Shown here piece by piece: positions 10,574 to 19,935 of a stretch of DNA of 64,000 bases. Under the pieces are notes generated by a model. That model did not search any database. It was not told the origin of the DNA and saw nothing but the letters and a program-made list of their open reading frames with translations. Each line of letters begins with the position of its first letter. Within the stretch, counting starts at the first letter, position 1. Position numbers and translations under genes: made by a program. The stretch spans positions 2,211,388 through 2,275,387 of the forward strand of contig CAWJTA010000002.1 in NCBI GenBank assembly GCA_963845665.1, read 5' to 3'. Source of the stretch: an uncultured Verrucomicrobiae bacterium (lineage in GTDB: Bacteria > Verrucomicrobiota > Verrucomicrobiia > Limisphaerales > UBA11358).

Positions 10574-11650
10574 CTAAAATCGCAAATCCAACTGCCTGGC
10601 CTCGGGCTCCCTCAACGTACTCACACCCAACCCCAGCAGCCGCAACGGTCGTGAAACCAGTTTCTCGCGCCCAAGTAGAAAACAACCCAGGCGGTAAATG
10701 TCCTGCGGTTCGGTCAACGGTTCTTCCACCGTGATTTGGCGGGTCAGGGTTGTGAAATCGCCGTAGCGGATTTTTACTTGGACGGTGTGGGCGCCCAATT
10801 TGCGGCGCTTCAGGCGATTTGAAATATCGGCCGCCTGTTCCTTCAAGCAGGCCCGCAGGATTTTTCGGTCGTCTGTATCCGACAGAAACGTTTCCTCACC
10901 GCTGATGCTTTTAATTTCGTCGCCCTGTTCCAGCGAACGGTCATCTTCGCCCAGGGCGAATTGTTTTAATTGACCCGCAAACGAACCGACCAGAGCCCGC
11001 AAATCGCCCCGATAATCCTGGAGATTTCCGATGGTTTGCACGCCGGCCTGATGCAGGACCTGTTCGGTGACTTTGCCAACGCCATAGAGCGCGCGGACAG
11101 GCAGGGGCCGCAGAAATTCTACTTTTTCTTTTTCGGAAATCAGAGTCAGTCCATCAGGCTTCTTGTGATCGCTCGCGATTTTGGCGAGCAGCTTATTGGA
11201 GGCGACCCCAATGGTGGCGCTCAATTGGCGCTCGTCGCGGATGCGCTGTTTCAATTCCCGGGCCAATGGCAGGGACGCGGCAAGGGAAGTATCCGCATCG
11301 GCATCCTGGCATAAGCCGGACACGTCCAAATAGGCTTCATCGATGGACATTTGTTCCACCGTAACGCCCGGCCGGGTCATGATGCGCATAATATGGCGGG
11401 ATTCCTCGCGATAATGGTCCATGCGCGGGCGGACGAAAACGCCATTGGGACAGAGCCGTCCGGCGGTCGCGCTGGGCATGGCCGAGCGCACGCCGAATTT
11501 GCGCGCCTCATAGCTGGCGGCGCATACGACGCCGCGTTGCGTCGGGGGCGCGCCCACGATGACCGGCCTGCCGCGCAAGGCCGGATTGTCCCGCTGCTCC
11601 ACCGAAGCGTAAAAAGCGTCCATGTCCAAATGAAAAATGACGCGAAACAT
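10574..11650 (-). CDS. dinB: DNA polymerase IV (Y-family translesion polymerase)
   Basis: 358 aa. The N-terminus FHLDMDAFYASVEQRDNPALRGRPVIVG and SYEARKFGVRSAMP are canonical DinB/IMS motifs. Confidence 0.93.
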   Translation of the reverse strand: MFRVIFHLDMDAFYASVEQRDNPALRGRPVIVGAPPTQRGVVCAASYEARKFGVRSAMPSATAGRLCPNGVFVRPRMDHYREESRHIMRIMTRPGVTVEQMSIDEAYLDVSGLCQDADADTSLAASLPLARELKQRIRDERQLSATIGVASNKLLAKIASDHKKPDGLTLISEKEKVEFLRPLPVRALYGVGKVTEQVLHQAGVQTIGNLQDYRGDLRALVGSFAGQLKQFALGEDDRSLEQGDEIKSISGEETFLSDTDDRKILRACLKEQAADISNRLKRRKLGAHTVQVKIRYGDFTTLTRQITVEEPLTEPQDIYRLGCFLLGREKLVSRPLRLLGLGVSTLREPEARQLDLRF

Positions 11651-11658
11651 CCGGAAGA

Positions 11659-11696
11659 ATTTACGATTTACGATTCACGATTTACGAGACGAATCG
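11659..11696. repeat. Tandem array (ATTTACG)n directly upstream of the dinB start
   Basis: atttacgatttacgattcacgatttacgagacgaatcg begins 9 nt beyond the dinB start codon at 11650, on the minus strand. Confidence 0.85.
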
Positions 11697-11837
11697 TTTC
11701 AGGCAGGGACGGGCGGGCTGCGCTGTCCGCGCCGCGTCTAGCGGCGCAAACGAGCGAGGTCAGATGTTCCAACGCGTATATTCCACCCGATATGGTGGCC
11801 GCGGTGCAATCCGCTCGTGCCGGAGGCACAACCGGAT

Positions 11838-11908
11838 AGTAGCCAGACACGCGAGTGTCTGGAAACCGCCCATAATTCAAACCGTCCTGAAGGGACGGCG
11901 GGAAACCC
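11838..11908. repeat. REP-like element (AGTAGCCAGACAC..GTGTCTGG hairpin plus CCGTCCTGAAGGGACGG hairpin)
   Basis: It is built from the same words as 6838-6982. Confidence 0.8.
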
Positions 11909-11953
11909 ATTCAATAACCCATCAATCCGTCATCCACCCTCGGGACCGAAAAA

Positions 11954-11978
11954 CGATTCAACGATTCAACGTTTCAAC
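11954..11978. repeat. Tandem (TTCAACG)n array
   Basis: cgattcaacgattcaacgtttcaac belongs to the GTTGAAACG family seen at nine or more loci. Confidence 0.8.
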
Positions 11979-12043
11979 AAATCACGCGCCAAATGGCACT
12001 TGACCAGAGAGGAAGAATTTTTTATGTTGAGTTTCCCCTTCGC

Positions 12044-12120
12044 GGGGGTGTAGCTCAATTGGTTAGAGCGCTGCCCTGTCACGGCAGAGGTTACGGGTTC
12101 GAGCCCCGCCACTCCCGCCA
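12044..12120 (+). tRNA. tRNA-Asp (anticodon GUC)
   Basis: Hand-folded cloverleaf. The acceptor stem is GGGGGTG/CACTCCC (one G-U pair), the D stem GCTC/GAGC, and the anticodon stem CTGCC/GGCAG with loop CTGTCAC. The T arm contains GGTTCGAGCC. The discriminator is G, CCA is encoded, and the length is 77 nt. Confidence 0.93.
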
Positions 12121-12218
12121 TTTATTTTTCAAATTGGCACGTAATCGGCTTCGAACCCGCTTGATCCGTTGACAAGTTTGGCAAATACGCTAAGTTAGGT
12201 CACACAGCCCTGTAAGAA

Positions 12219-12548
12219 ATGCGTGGACAAAACGTCCGCTTTTTCTGCATCTGTGCCAAAAAAATGAACGCCGGCACTTTATTTTTATACATCGTTCTGC
12301 CCGCGATATTCCTGATCGTCGCGACCGGGAACCCTGAGAATTTGCGCATCAAAGGCGTCTGTATTGCTTTGGCATATCTCAGCCTGATCATTCTGGATGG
12401 ATGGTTGTGCGTCACAAATCCGGCTGCTTCAATCGCTGAAAAAAACAGCTCTCCGTTCGGTCTTGTGTTCATTCTAATTTCCGTCTGGGCCTTCGTGCTC
12501 GTCGGTTTTGGCGATCCCAAAAGCCGGGAACGGGACAGCGACCGCTAA
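12219..12548 (+). CDS. Small hypothetical membrane protein (about 3 TM helices). The start is probably the ATG at 12264.
   Basis: Hydrophobic segments are LFLYIVLPAIFLIVA, VCIALAYLSLIILDGWL and FGLVFILISVWAFVLVGF. No homology was recognised, and an antisense ORF of similar size exists. Confidence 0.4.
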   Translation: MRGQNVRFFCICAKKMNAGTLFLYIVLPAIFLIVATGNPENLRIKGVCIALAYLSLIILDGWLCVTNPAASIAEKNSSPFGLVFILISVWAFVLVGFGDPKSRERDSDR

Positions 12549-12622
12549 TGGTTTCTCGCAAATTGGGGTAGGGCCGACCTTCAGGTTGGCTAGGACGCAC
12601 ACTTCATCCCTGCAGCCGCAAC

Positions 12623-12744
12623 GGTAACGTTAATGTAACGCCTTAACTTATTGGTGCTCAACAATGTAACGGGTCCGCAACAATTTGTAACGGGGTGTGT
12701 AACACCTTAACCAATTGTAAATCAACAATGTAACGTCTGTAACG
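12623..12744. repeat. Cluster of eight (T)GTAAC(G) heptamers, containing two copies of a ~40-nt unit
   Basis: The word occurs at 12623, 12634, 12665, 12686, 12698, 12729 and 12738, with a degenerate copy at 12716. tgtaacGccttaacTTattgGTGCtcaacaatgtaacg (12634-) is repeated as tgtaacAccttaacCAattgTAAAtcaacaatgtaacg (12698-). Confidence 0.8.
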
Positions 12745-12774
12745 GGCTAAAACTTCATCTCATATCAAATCATG

Positions 12775-12915
12775 GAGAGAGCCTCAACGATTCCCAAATC
12801 GCGCATCCAGTCCATGAACCGAAGGTGGTAGGGACGGCGCGCTGCGCCGTCACCGCCCGTAAAGCGGGCGGAACGATTCGCATGCGCCCAGCCGAACGCG
12901 ATTCATGGAGAGTCG
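12775..12915. repeat. ~140-nt dispersed element with GTAGGGACGGCGCG core
   Basis: It is colinear with 51800-51945 (caacgatt.c..aaatcg.gcatcc..gaaccgaaggtgg.agggac..gtcaccgcccgt.aagcggg..catgga.ag). It is bounded by tcatggagag at both ends. Confidence 0.8.
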
Positions 12916-12977
12916 TATCCACAATCCATTAATCCGGTAAAGCACATCGTTTCAATCGTGGATTCTCATACAGATTT

Positions 12978-15221
12978 TCATCGGTATGAAGGTGGCGCAG
13001 CCTCTCGCGCAGTTCCCCAATTCTTGTTTGGTCTCGGGCCAAGCTTGTAAATCAAATGTCCACCATGGGAAATATCCGAGAATCGAATCCACGGCTTGGT
13101 CCATGGCCGGCCATTCACGCTCAGGCTTTGAACGTAAGGAGAATCACCTGCAGCGCCGACACCCTCAATCGTCACATCCCCCTCTTTCAGGTGCAGGACG
13201 GCTTTTGGAAACAATGGGCTCCCAAGCACAAGAACATCCGAACCCGGAAGTTCCGGATACATGCCCAAGGCTCCCCATAAATACCAGGACGACATCTCGC
13301 CGAGGTCATCGTTGCCCGGATAGCCGTCCGGTTTGAACGAGTATAGTTGCGTTAACACCCGCCGGACTACGTCCTCCGTCTTCCATGGTTGGCCGAGGAA
13401 ACAATAGATCCACGGCGTTTCCACGCACGGCTCATTACCCATATAAGCATAGGCGGAATTGTCGCCGGCATTGAGCTCAGTGAAGAAGGTATCGAGTTGC
13501 GCAGACGCGGCATCGGGGCCGCCGAGCGCGTCTGCAAGCCCATTCAGATTGAACGGAACCATCCAGATATATTGTGACGCCGTGCCTTCCTGATAAGCTC
13601 GGTTGCCGTCGTATTCGAGAACGTTGTTCGTGAATCCGGGCGCCCAGGAACCGTCGCGCCGGCGCATCTGAAAGTAGCCCGTTTTGAGATTGAACAGGTG
13701 CCGCCAATTTTGGGCATGTTGCAATAAGGCCGTGCTGTCGGCGTTATCGCCCAGGGACGCGGCCAGTCGCGAAATGGCAAAATCGGCGGAGTCATATTCA
13801 AGCGTCATAGACACATTGCCGTATCCATGCCAGATACCGTGCTGATCTTCGGGCACGTAACCGAGGCGCAGGTAATCGGCGAGCGCATCGCGCTCGAATA
13901 TATGCGTTCGCGGAGCTATGACCGCCGGGTTGGTCGCTGCGTTGACAAGACCGGCAAGGGCTGCGTGAACGTCAAAGTTTGTCGCGCCAAAGGCGTAGAA
14001 GCCCCCGATAATTGGCGCGGCTGGGTCTCCATCCATTACGCCGCTGTCCTGCACAACCAGGCCCCAGCGCGGAAATGCGCCGCCCTGTTGATAATCGCGC
14101 AAAAGCGATTGTGCCATGTCGCTCGTTTCATCCGGCGCGATCATCGCCAAAAACTGGCAATCGCTGCGGTAAATGTCCCAGCCGGAAAAGTAACCGTATT
14201 GGGCATGGCCCCGTGGCAGCGTGTGAACCCGGCCATCGTAACCGCGATACTCGCCATTCGCATCCGAGCAAATCGTTGGCGCGAGCAGCAGGTGATAGAA
14301 CATTGAATAAAATGTTTTTTGGTCCGCTGTCGTGCCGCCACTGATTTGAATTCGATTCAGCCAGGAATTCCAAACATCGCCCGCCGCCCGGACCGCACGA
14401 TCAAAATCATTTGAAGAAAGTGCTGCGTCCGGGCTTTCGCTTTCGACATTCGCCCGGGCATTGGCAACGCTCACATAAGAAATTCCAACCCTGGCAAGGA
14501 CGGTCCGGCCTTGAGACCGGTCAAAGACAACATACGCGCCGGATGTTTTTCCACTCGCCTTTGCTTTTCCGTTCGACAATTTGCTTCCGCTCCATGCGCC
14601 ATAACGGGCGAAAGGGCGATCAAACACCGCATAGAAATAAAGCGTGCACGAATTGGGATGGCCGAGAAAACGCCCGCCAGTAGCTGAGCCACTGATGGAA
14701 TGCGACCCTGGGTCGATTTTCACTGACGAGTCCGAAGTCCCATTGATGTTACTGCCCGCGTTGATAACCAGAGTTTCGGGCGAATTCGATGGATAGGTGA
14801 AGCGCCCAAAGCCGCTGCGGACAGCGGCCGTCAATTCCACGCCGATGCCATTATCGAGCGTGACGCTGTAGAAACCCGGTCGGGCATTTTCATGCTCATG
14901 CGAAAACGGAGTATTGAAAGCGAAGTGATTCGCTGGCGCGACAGTCAGGCCGTCGGCCGGAACCGGCATAAAACCGAAATTGCCGCCGTACCCCGAACCG
15001 CCGCCACTCAAATGATCAACGCTGAAGCTATCTATGGATGTGTCGCGATAATTATAGCCGGCGAGCGTCGGGTGTTTTCCCGAATCCGGACTCCATTGGA
15101 TCATTCCAAATGGCGCAGTCGCTCCGGGATACAATCCGCCGTCATGAGTGGTGCCACAAAATGGATTGGCGAGAGGAAGCAGGGCGGTGAGCAAAATCAA
15201 GGCGTTTGACATCAAACGCAC
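12978..15221 (-). CDS. GH92 family alpha-mannosidase, secreted
   Basis: 747 aa with a signal peptide. Motifs PFGMIQWSPD, GGGSGYGGNFGFMP, YQEGTASQYIWMVP and GNDDLGEMSSWY are typical of GH92. Confidence 0.88.
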   Translation of the reverse strand: MRLMSNALILLTALLPLANPFCGTTHDGGLYPGATAPFGMIQWSPDSGKHPTLAGYNYRDTSIDSFSVDHLSGGGSGYGGNFGFMPVPADGLTVAPANHFAFNTPFSHEHENARPGFYSVTLDNGIGVELTAAVRSGFGRFTYPSNSPETLVINAGSNINGTSDSSVKIDPGSHSISGSATGGRFLGHPNSCTLYFYAVFDRPFARYGAWSGSKLSNGKAKASGKTSGAYVVFDRSQGRTVLARVGISYVSVANARANVESESPDAALSSNDFDRAVRAAGDVWNSWLNRIQISGGTTADQKTFYSMFYHLLLAPTICSDANGEYRGYDGRVHTLPRGHAQYGYFSGWDIYRSDCQFLAMIAPDETSDMAQSLLRDYQQGGAFPRWGLVVQDSGVMDGDPAAPIIGGFYAFGATNFDVHAALAGLVNAATNPAVIAPRTHIFERDALADYLRLGYVPEDQHGIWHGYGNVSMTLEYDSADFAISRLAASLGDNADSTALLQHAQNWRHLFNLKTGYFQMRRRDGSWAPGFTNNVLEYDGNRAYQEGTASQYIWMVPFNLNGLADALGGPDAASAQLDTFFTELNAGDNSAYAYMGNEPCVETPWIYCFLGQPWKTEDVVRRVLTQLYSFKPDGYPGNDDLGEMSSWYLWGALGMYPELPGSDVLVLGSPLFPKAVLHLKEGDVTIEGVGAAGDSPYVQSLSVNGRPWTKPWIRFSDISHGGHLIYKLGPRPNKNWGTAREAAPPSYR

Positions 15222-15342
15222 AAATTAAAAGAAATAAGAAAAAAGGAAATCCATTTGCGATTTCGTTTTTTGCTTTGCGATTTGGATATGGAAGGACATC
15301 TTTTTGGCTTTCCATGTGTGCAATAGGTATGGGTTCTGAAAT

Positions 15343-16428
15343 ATGAAACGACGAATTCTTTTCTGCCTGGCGGTTCTCTTTCCAACGATGGCCTTGCGCG
15401 CCGACTATTTCCCGCTCTCACAATCGGACCCGTCAAAACCCACGGACCTGATACTCGTATACCAGGGCGGCGTCCAGCGCCCGCGCTGGACCGTCAGCCG
15501 CTTCGGTCCCTACGTCACTTATCAGGACCGGCAAACGGGCAAAGAGCAATGGCTCTTCGATGGTTTTCTCTTCATCGAATTTCAGGACGGCCGCGGCCAC
15601 ACCTACGAGCAGTATTCCAGCCTCAAGCACGCGAACAAAGACCAATGGGCGTGGCTGTTGCAGCGCAATTTTGCGGATAACGATGGCGTTCCAAATCTTG
15701 AAAAGACAGTCGAAGCAGCGGCTGCGCGTATCGGCGAACCTCTCCGCCGTCGCCAGGTTATTCTTACACTGCCGGTGCCTGAGCCGGACCAGACCGATTG
15801 GGGAACGTTGGATGGTCGTGCTCTCGATTTTCACAATAAAGCCGACCGTCTCGCCGCATGCACCTGGTATCTGGACATGGCTTTGCAACGGTGGAAAGAC
15901 CTCGGGCCAAAAGAATTGGACTTGGCCGGCTTCTATTGGGTCGCCGAGGAATCATCCAGCACCAGGGACATCTTTCCCGAATTGGCCCAGGACATCCATG
16001 CGCGCGGAAAGGAATTCTTTTGGATTCCCAGTTACCACGTCAACACGCCGTTGGGCGAATGGAAATCGTTCGGATTCGATGAGGCATGGCTGCAGCCGAA
16101 TTTTTTCTTTCATCCCGGCCTGTCGCCCGCGCGCCTTCAAAATGCCTGCGATTTCGCCCGCGCCCACGGAATGGGGTTGGAAATGGAATTTGACCCGCGC
16201 ATGATCACCGATCCGTCCGTCTATGAGCCGCGATTTCACGCCTATTTGGACGCCTTTACCCGTAATGGCGTCCGTGATGGCGCGGCCATGGGATGGTATG
16301 AGGGCGGGGGAGCGCTATACCGCCTGGCGTTCTCTGACAATCCCAAATTCCGTAGCGATTACGATGAACTGGCGCGGTTTGTGTTGAAAAGGCAACAGAT
16401 GGCCGACCTGGGCAAAAACAAGAAATAA
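15343..16428 (+). CDS. Secreted hypothetical protein, divergent from GH92 (possibly a DUF4855-like TIM-barrel-like protein)
   Basis: 361-aa intact ORF with signal peptide MKRRILFCLAVLFPTMALRA. The family name is only a weak recollection. Confidence 0.6.
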   Translation: MKRRILFCLAVLFPTMALRADYFPLSQSDPSKPTDLILVYQGGVQRPRWTVSRFGPYVTYQDRQTGKEQWLFDGFLFIEFQDGRGHTYEQYSSLKHANKDQWAWLLQRNFADNDGVPNLEKTVEAAAARIGEPLRRRQVILTLPVPEPDQTDWGTLDGRALDFHNKADRLAACTWYLDMALQRWKDLGPKELDLAGFYWVAEESSSTRDIFPELAQDIHARGKEFFWIPSYHVNTPLGEWKSFGFDEAWLQPNFFFHPGLSPARLQNACDFARAHGMGLEMEFDPRMITDPSVYEPRFHAYLDAFTRNGVRDGAAMGWYEGGGALYRLAFSDNPKFRSDYDELARFVLKRQQMADLGKNKK

Positions 16429-16506
16429 GAAGTCCCGGTCCTGTCAGGAGGCTGCCAGTGCCACTTTTTCCTTTTTCCTCGTTCTCTTTTCGTTTTTCCT
16501 TAACTC

Positions 16507-17646
16507 GTGGCTGAACAAGTCCAAATGCCGGTCGAGCGATTAAAGCCGGAGGATTTCCTGCGGCTCATCGAAAAGAGCCGTCTGGGCAAACTCAAAATCT
16601 ATCTCGGCCATGCTGCCGGTGTGGGCAAGACCTTCGCCATGCTCGAAGAAGCGCATCGCCTGAAAAAAGCCGGAGTCGATGTCGTCATCGGTTGGGTTGA
16701 AACGCACGGACGCAAGGAAACCGAGGAGTTGCTCGATGGGCTCGAGATCCTTCCGCGAAAAAAAACTCCCCACGCTAATACCATTGTCGAAACCTTGGAC
16801 GTCGAGGCGATCTTCAAACGTTATCCTACCGTTTGCATCATTGACGAACTGCCGTATACAAATGTCGCCGGGTCGCAGTACCCCAAGCGTTTCCTGGAAG
16901 TCCACGATTTGCTCCTGGCTGGGATCAACGTCATCACCGCCATGAACATCCAGCACATGGAAAGTCTGCACGACACCGTCCTGCGGGCGACGGGCGTGGA
17001 TGTGCGCGAGCGTGTGCCGGACCGATTCGTCCTGGAAGCGGACCAGATCGTGAATATTGATTTGACCGCCGAGGAACTGCGGGAGCGAATGAAGAGCGGG
17101 AAAATCTATCCGGCCGATCGTGCCACGGCGGCGCTGGAAAATTTCTTTACTGAGAACAATTTGAATACACTGCGAGAGCTGGCTTTGCGCGAAACAGCCG
17201 CCGCGCTCGACCGCCGTCCCCGCATCGGCAGCAAGTCGCCAACCGATGTCAGCGAAAAAATTGCCGTTTTTTTCAGCACCAATCCCGAGTCAACGGCCCG
17301 GCTGCTCCGCGCCGCGTCGCGGCTGGCTGGCAAACTCAATCGTGAGTGGATGGCCGTTTACGTCCGCCGCAAGAACGAAGATCCCAACCGCATCCCGTCG
17401 GATGTGCAGCGCAAATTCATGCAGAACGTCCAGCTTGCGACGGAATTGGGCGGCAGCGTGACCGTTTTGGAAAGTGAGAATGTCTGCCAGGCGTTGCTGG
17501 ACTACTGCCGCAAAAACGACGTCAACCTTGTCGTGATTGGCACCAGCGAGCGCAAATGGTGGCAGTTCAACCGGCCCAATGTCCTCGATTTCTTCATGCA
17601 TCACGCCCCGGGAATCGATATTCATATCGTGGACCCAAACAACTAG
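16507..17646 (+). CDS. KdpD N-terminal sensor domain plus Usp domain protein, with no histidine kinase portion
   Basis: GKLKIYLGHAAGVGKTFAMLEEAHRLKKAGVDVVIGWVETHGRKETEELLDGLEILPRKK closely matches the KdpD N-terminus. The ORF ends after the USP-like segment at 379 aa. The start codon is GTG. Confidence 0.85.
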   Translation: MAEQVQMPVERLKPEDFLRLIEKSRLGKLKIYLGHAAGVGKTFAMLEEAHRLKKAGVDVVIGWVETHGRKETEELLDGLEILPRKKTPHANTIVETLDVEAIFKRYPTVCIIDELPYTNVAGSQYPKRFLEVHDLLLAGINVITAMNIQHMESLHDTVLRATGVDVRERVPDRFVLEADQIVNIDLTAEELRERMKSGKIYPADRATAALENFFTENNLNTLRELALRETAAALDRRPRIGSKSPTDVSEKIAVFFSTNPESTARLLRAASRLAGKLNREWMAVYVRRKNEDPNRIPSDVQRKFMQNVQLATELGGSVTVLESENVCQALLDYCRKNDVNLVVIGTSERKWWQFNRPNVLDFFMHHAPGIDIHIVDPNN

Positions 17647-17689
17647 ACGGTTTCAAACCTTTGATAGTCAAAGGTTTATCAGTTTTTGA

Positions 17690-19288
17690 TTGAATTTTTC
17701 CGGATTTGCGCTCTCTTGTTACGGAATGTGCCGAGGCTGTTTAATCTCAATTTTCGCCATCGCCCTCGCGTTCGCCGCGGCGGCCGCGCCGGAGGCGGTC
17801 GTCGTCAACCTGGATTATGTGGCCAAACTCGCACTGGCGCGCGCGCAACAGGCTTACCACGCGCCTGACCTTACCCTGCCGGGCGTCTTGAACGCGACCA
17901 ACCTGGATTACGACAAATACCGCGAAATCCGGTTTATTCCCGGCAAGGCCCTCTGGACAGAAGATGATTTGCCATTTCGCATTGAATTTTTTCATCCCGG
18001 CTACATTTACAACGAACCGGTCCACGTCAATGAATTTACTCCAGGATACGAACAGCCGATTCCGTTCATGCAGGACTACTTCGACTACGGGAATTTGAAA
18101 ATAAAGAATCAGGTCCCGCGCAATGTTGGTTATGGTGGATTTAAGATAGTGTATCAGTTGAATAAAACGAACGTGTTCGATGATTTGGCTGTTTTCGCGG
18201 GCGCCAGCTATTTTCGCGTGCTCGGCAAGGGCCAGAGCTATGGCATCTCGGCGCGGGGACTGGCCCTGAACTCCGGAGAAACGGACCGGGGCGAGGAATT
18301 TCCCGTTTTCACCGATTGGTGGCTGGGCAAACCGCAAAAAAACGCCACGAACCTGATACTCTACGGCATCCTGGATTCCAAAAGTTGCGCCGGCGCCTAC
18401 GAATTTAACATCCGTCCGGGCGAAACAACGATCGTCGACATGGACGTAGTTCTTTATTTTCGTCAACCAAACCTGATCCTCCAGAACGGCATTAATACCC
18501 CGCCGATCAAAACCGTGGGTATGGCGGCGCTCACGAGCAGCTATTGGTTTGGTAAAACCACCGAATATAAACCGAACGATTACCGGTCTGAGGTTCACGA
18601 TTCCGATGGCTTCATGATGGAGCTGGCAAGCGGAGAGCGTTTGTGGGAGCCGTTGGATAATCCCAGGGACCTGCGACATCAGGTTTTCGCCGCGTCGAAT
18701 TTTCGCGGTTTTGGCCTGATGCAGCGCGAACGCGACTTCACCGCTTATCAGGACCTGTTTACGGACCATCAGGACGAGCCGAGTGTCTGGGTCGAACCTC
18801 GCGGCACAAATTGGACAGACGGCAATCTGCACCTGTTGGAACTAAATGGTCCGACGGAAGATTGGGACAATATCGGCGCTTTTTGGAGCCCCAAAACCGT
18901 GCCTGCGCCGCTTCAGCCCTGGCGCTTCAGCTATACGCTCTATTGGACCCGCGAAACCGACAGGAGATTTTCACCGCCGGACAAAGTGGTGGCGACGCGC
19001 GTCGGATTGTCCAAAGGATCTGATGATCGTGAGATCATGATTGATTTTGCTGGGCCGGATCTGCTCAAAATCGCGCCGACAAATCCACCGGTCGCTATCG
19101 TCAATTGCACCACCAATGCGGCAATCGTGGCTAATCAGGTAGTTTGGAATCCGTTTGAGAAACGGTGGCGCGCTGTCCTAAAAATGCAGCCCCCGACCAA
19201 TAGTACTCCGGTGAACCTTCGCTGCACGCTGCAACAAAACAAAAAGCCGGTCAGCGAAACCTGGATTTATCAATGGACCCGGCCTTAG
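17690..19288 (+). CDS. opgG: Periplasmic glucan biosynthesis protein, OpgG/OpgD (MdoG) family
   Basis: 532 aa. It is colinear with E. coli MdoG (FRIEFFHPGY, GASYFRVLGKGQSYGISARGLALNSG, EEFPVFTDWWL, GAYEF, HDSDGF, FGLMQRERDF). Confidence 0.9.
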   Translation: MNFSGFALSCYGMCRGCLISIFAIALAFAAAAAPEAVVVNLDYVAKLALARAQQAYHAPDLTLPGVLNATNLDYDKYREIRFIPGKALWTEDDLPFRIEFFHPGYIYNEPVHVNEFTPGYEQPIPFMQDYFDYGNLKIKNQVPRNVGYGGFKIVYQLNKTNVFDDLAVFAGASYFRVLGKGQSYGISARGLALNSGETDRGEEFPVFTDWWLGKPQKNATNLILYGILDSKSCAGAYEFNIRPGETTIVDMDVVLYFRQPNLILQNGINTPPIKTVGMAALTSSYWFGKTTEYKPNDYRSEVHDSDGFMMELASGERLWEPLDNPRDLRHQVFAASNFRGFGLMQRERDFTAYQDLFTDHQDEPSVWVEPRGTNWTDGNLHLLELNGPTEDWDNIGAFWSPKTVPAPLQPWRFSYTLYWTRETDRRFSPPDKVVATRVGLSKGSDDREIMIDFAGPDLLKIAPTNPPVAIVNCTTNAAIVANQVVWNPFEKRWRAVLKMQPPTNSTPVNLRCTLQQNKKPVSETWIYQWTRP

Positions 19289-19902
19289 TGCCATGGCAAA
19301 TAGATTTCATGCCACTAAACCCAATCTCGGATCCACTGCCTCCGGACGCCACTATTCTGGCCGGCCGTTCGCTTGACGAATGGAATGCTGCCTACGCGAA
19401 GGTGGAAAATTATTTTTACGCTCTCAGGGTTCGCAACAAGACGTTGCTCGGCCAATCTGTCCTGCGAGTGCTCGATCGTGCCATGAATCGCGCCGTTTTG
19501 GAGCCGGATCGGTCCGCCACGGAGTTGGCGGTCGAAGAAATGGAACGACTGGTCAATGAATGGTTTGCGGATGTGCTTCAAATTCCGCCCGAACAACGCG
19601 ACCGGACACTCTCGACGCGTGGACGGCTTGCTCTCCTGTTGGCCGACATGCCAGGCAAATGGCAGGACCAATTTCTCCGCCCCGGGCCCTGGCCGGACGA
19701 ATTTGTCAGCGCCATGCGCGAAGGCTACCTTCGTGCCGGCCCGGATTTTCAGCTCTCAAAAATGACGCCACGTCCATTCGATCTCGGCCCGCTCACCACG
19801 CTCACCCAACTCGGCCGATTACCGTACGTTCGCATGGTCCTGATCTGGGCCACTTTTATTCTTCTATTTTTGCTGATCTTTAAGCTGACGCATGAACGAT
19901 AG
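19273..19902 (+). CDS. Hypothetical protein with a C-terminal TM anchor. It overlaps the opgG 3' end by 16 nt.
   Basis: 209-aa ORF with the C-terminal hydrophobic segment VRMVLIWATFILLFLLIF. No homology was recognised. The alternative start at 19309 would abolish the overlap with opgG. Confidence 0.5.
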   Translation: MDPALVPWQIDFMPLNPISDPLPPDATILAGRSLDEWNAAYAKVENYFYALRVRNKTLLGQSVLRVLDRAMNRAVLEPDRSATELAVEEMERLVNEWFADVLQIPPEQRDRTLSTRGRLALLLADMPGKWQDQFLRPGPWPDEFVSAMREGYLRAGPDFQLSKMTPRPFDLGPLTTLTQLGRLPYVRMVLIWATFILLFLLIFKLTHER

Positions 19903-19935
19903 GCGCGACTGAATCCGTCTTCTATCTCCGATCTG

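Noticed and set aside
12044-12977. An integrated mobile element or genomic island at tRNA-Asp.
   Set aside because: No integrase, transposase or phage gene was found, and I could not find a direct repeat of the tRNA 3' end within the window. Only a small membrane ORF and repeats follow the tRNA.
17747-18832. Long antisense ORFs opposite well-supported genes, e.g. 17747-18832 (-), 33063-34139 (+), 7543-8469 (-), 50217-50867 (-), 62652-63485 (+) and 898-1581 (-).
   Set aside because: Their translations are Arg/Gly/Ala/Pro-rich and low in complexity, as expected for shadow frames of GC-rich coding sequence. They show no recognisable motifs, and the opposite strand has clear family signatures.
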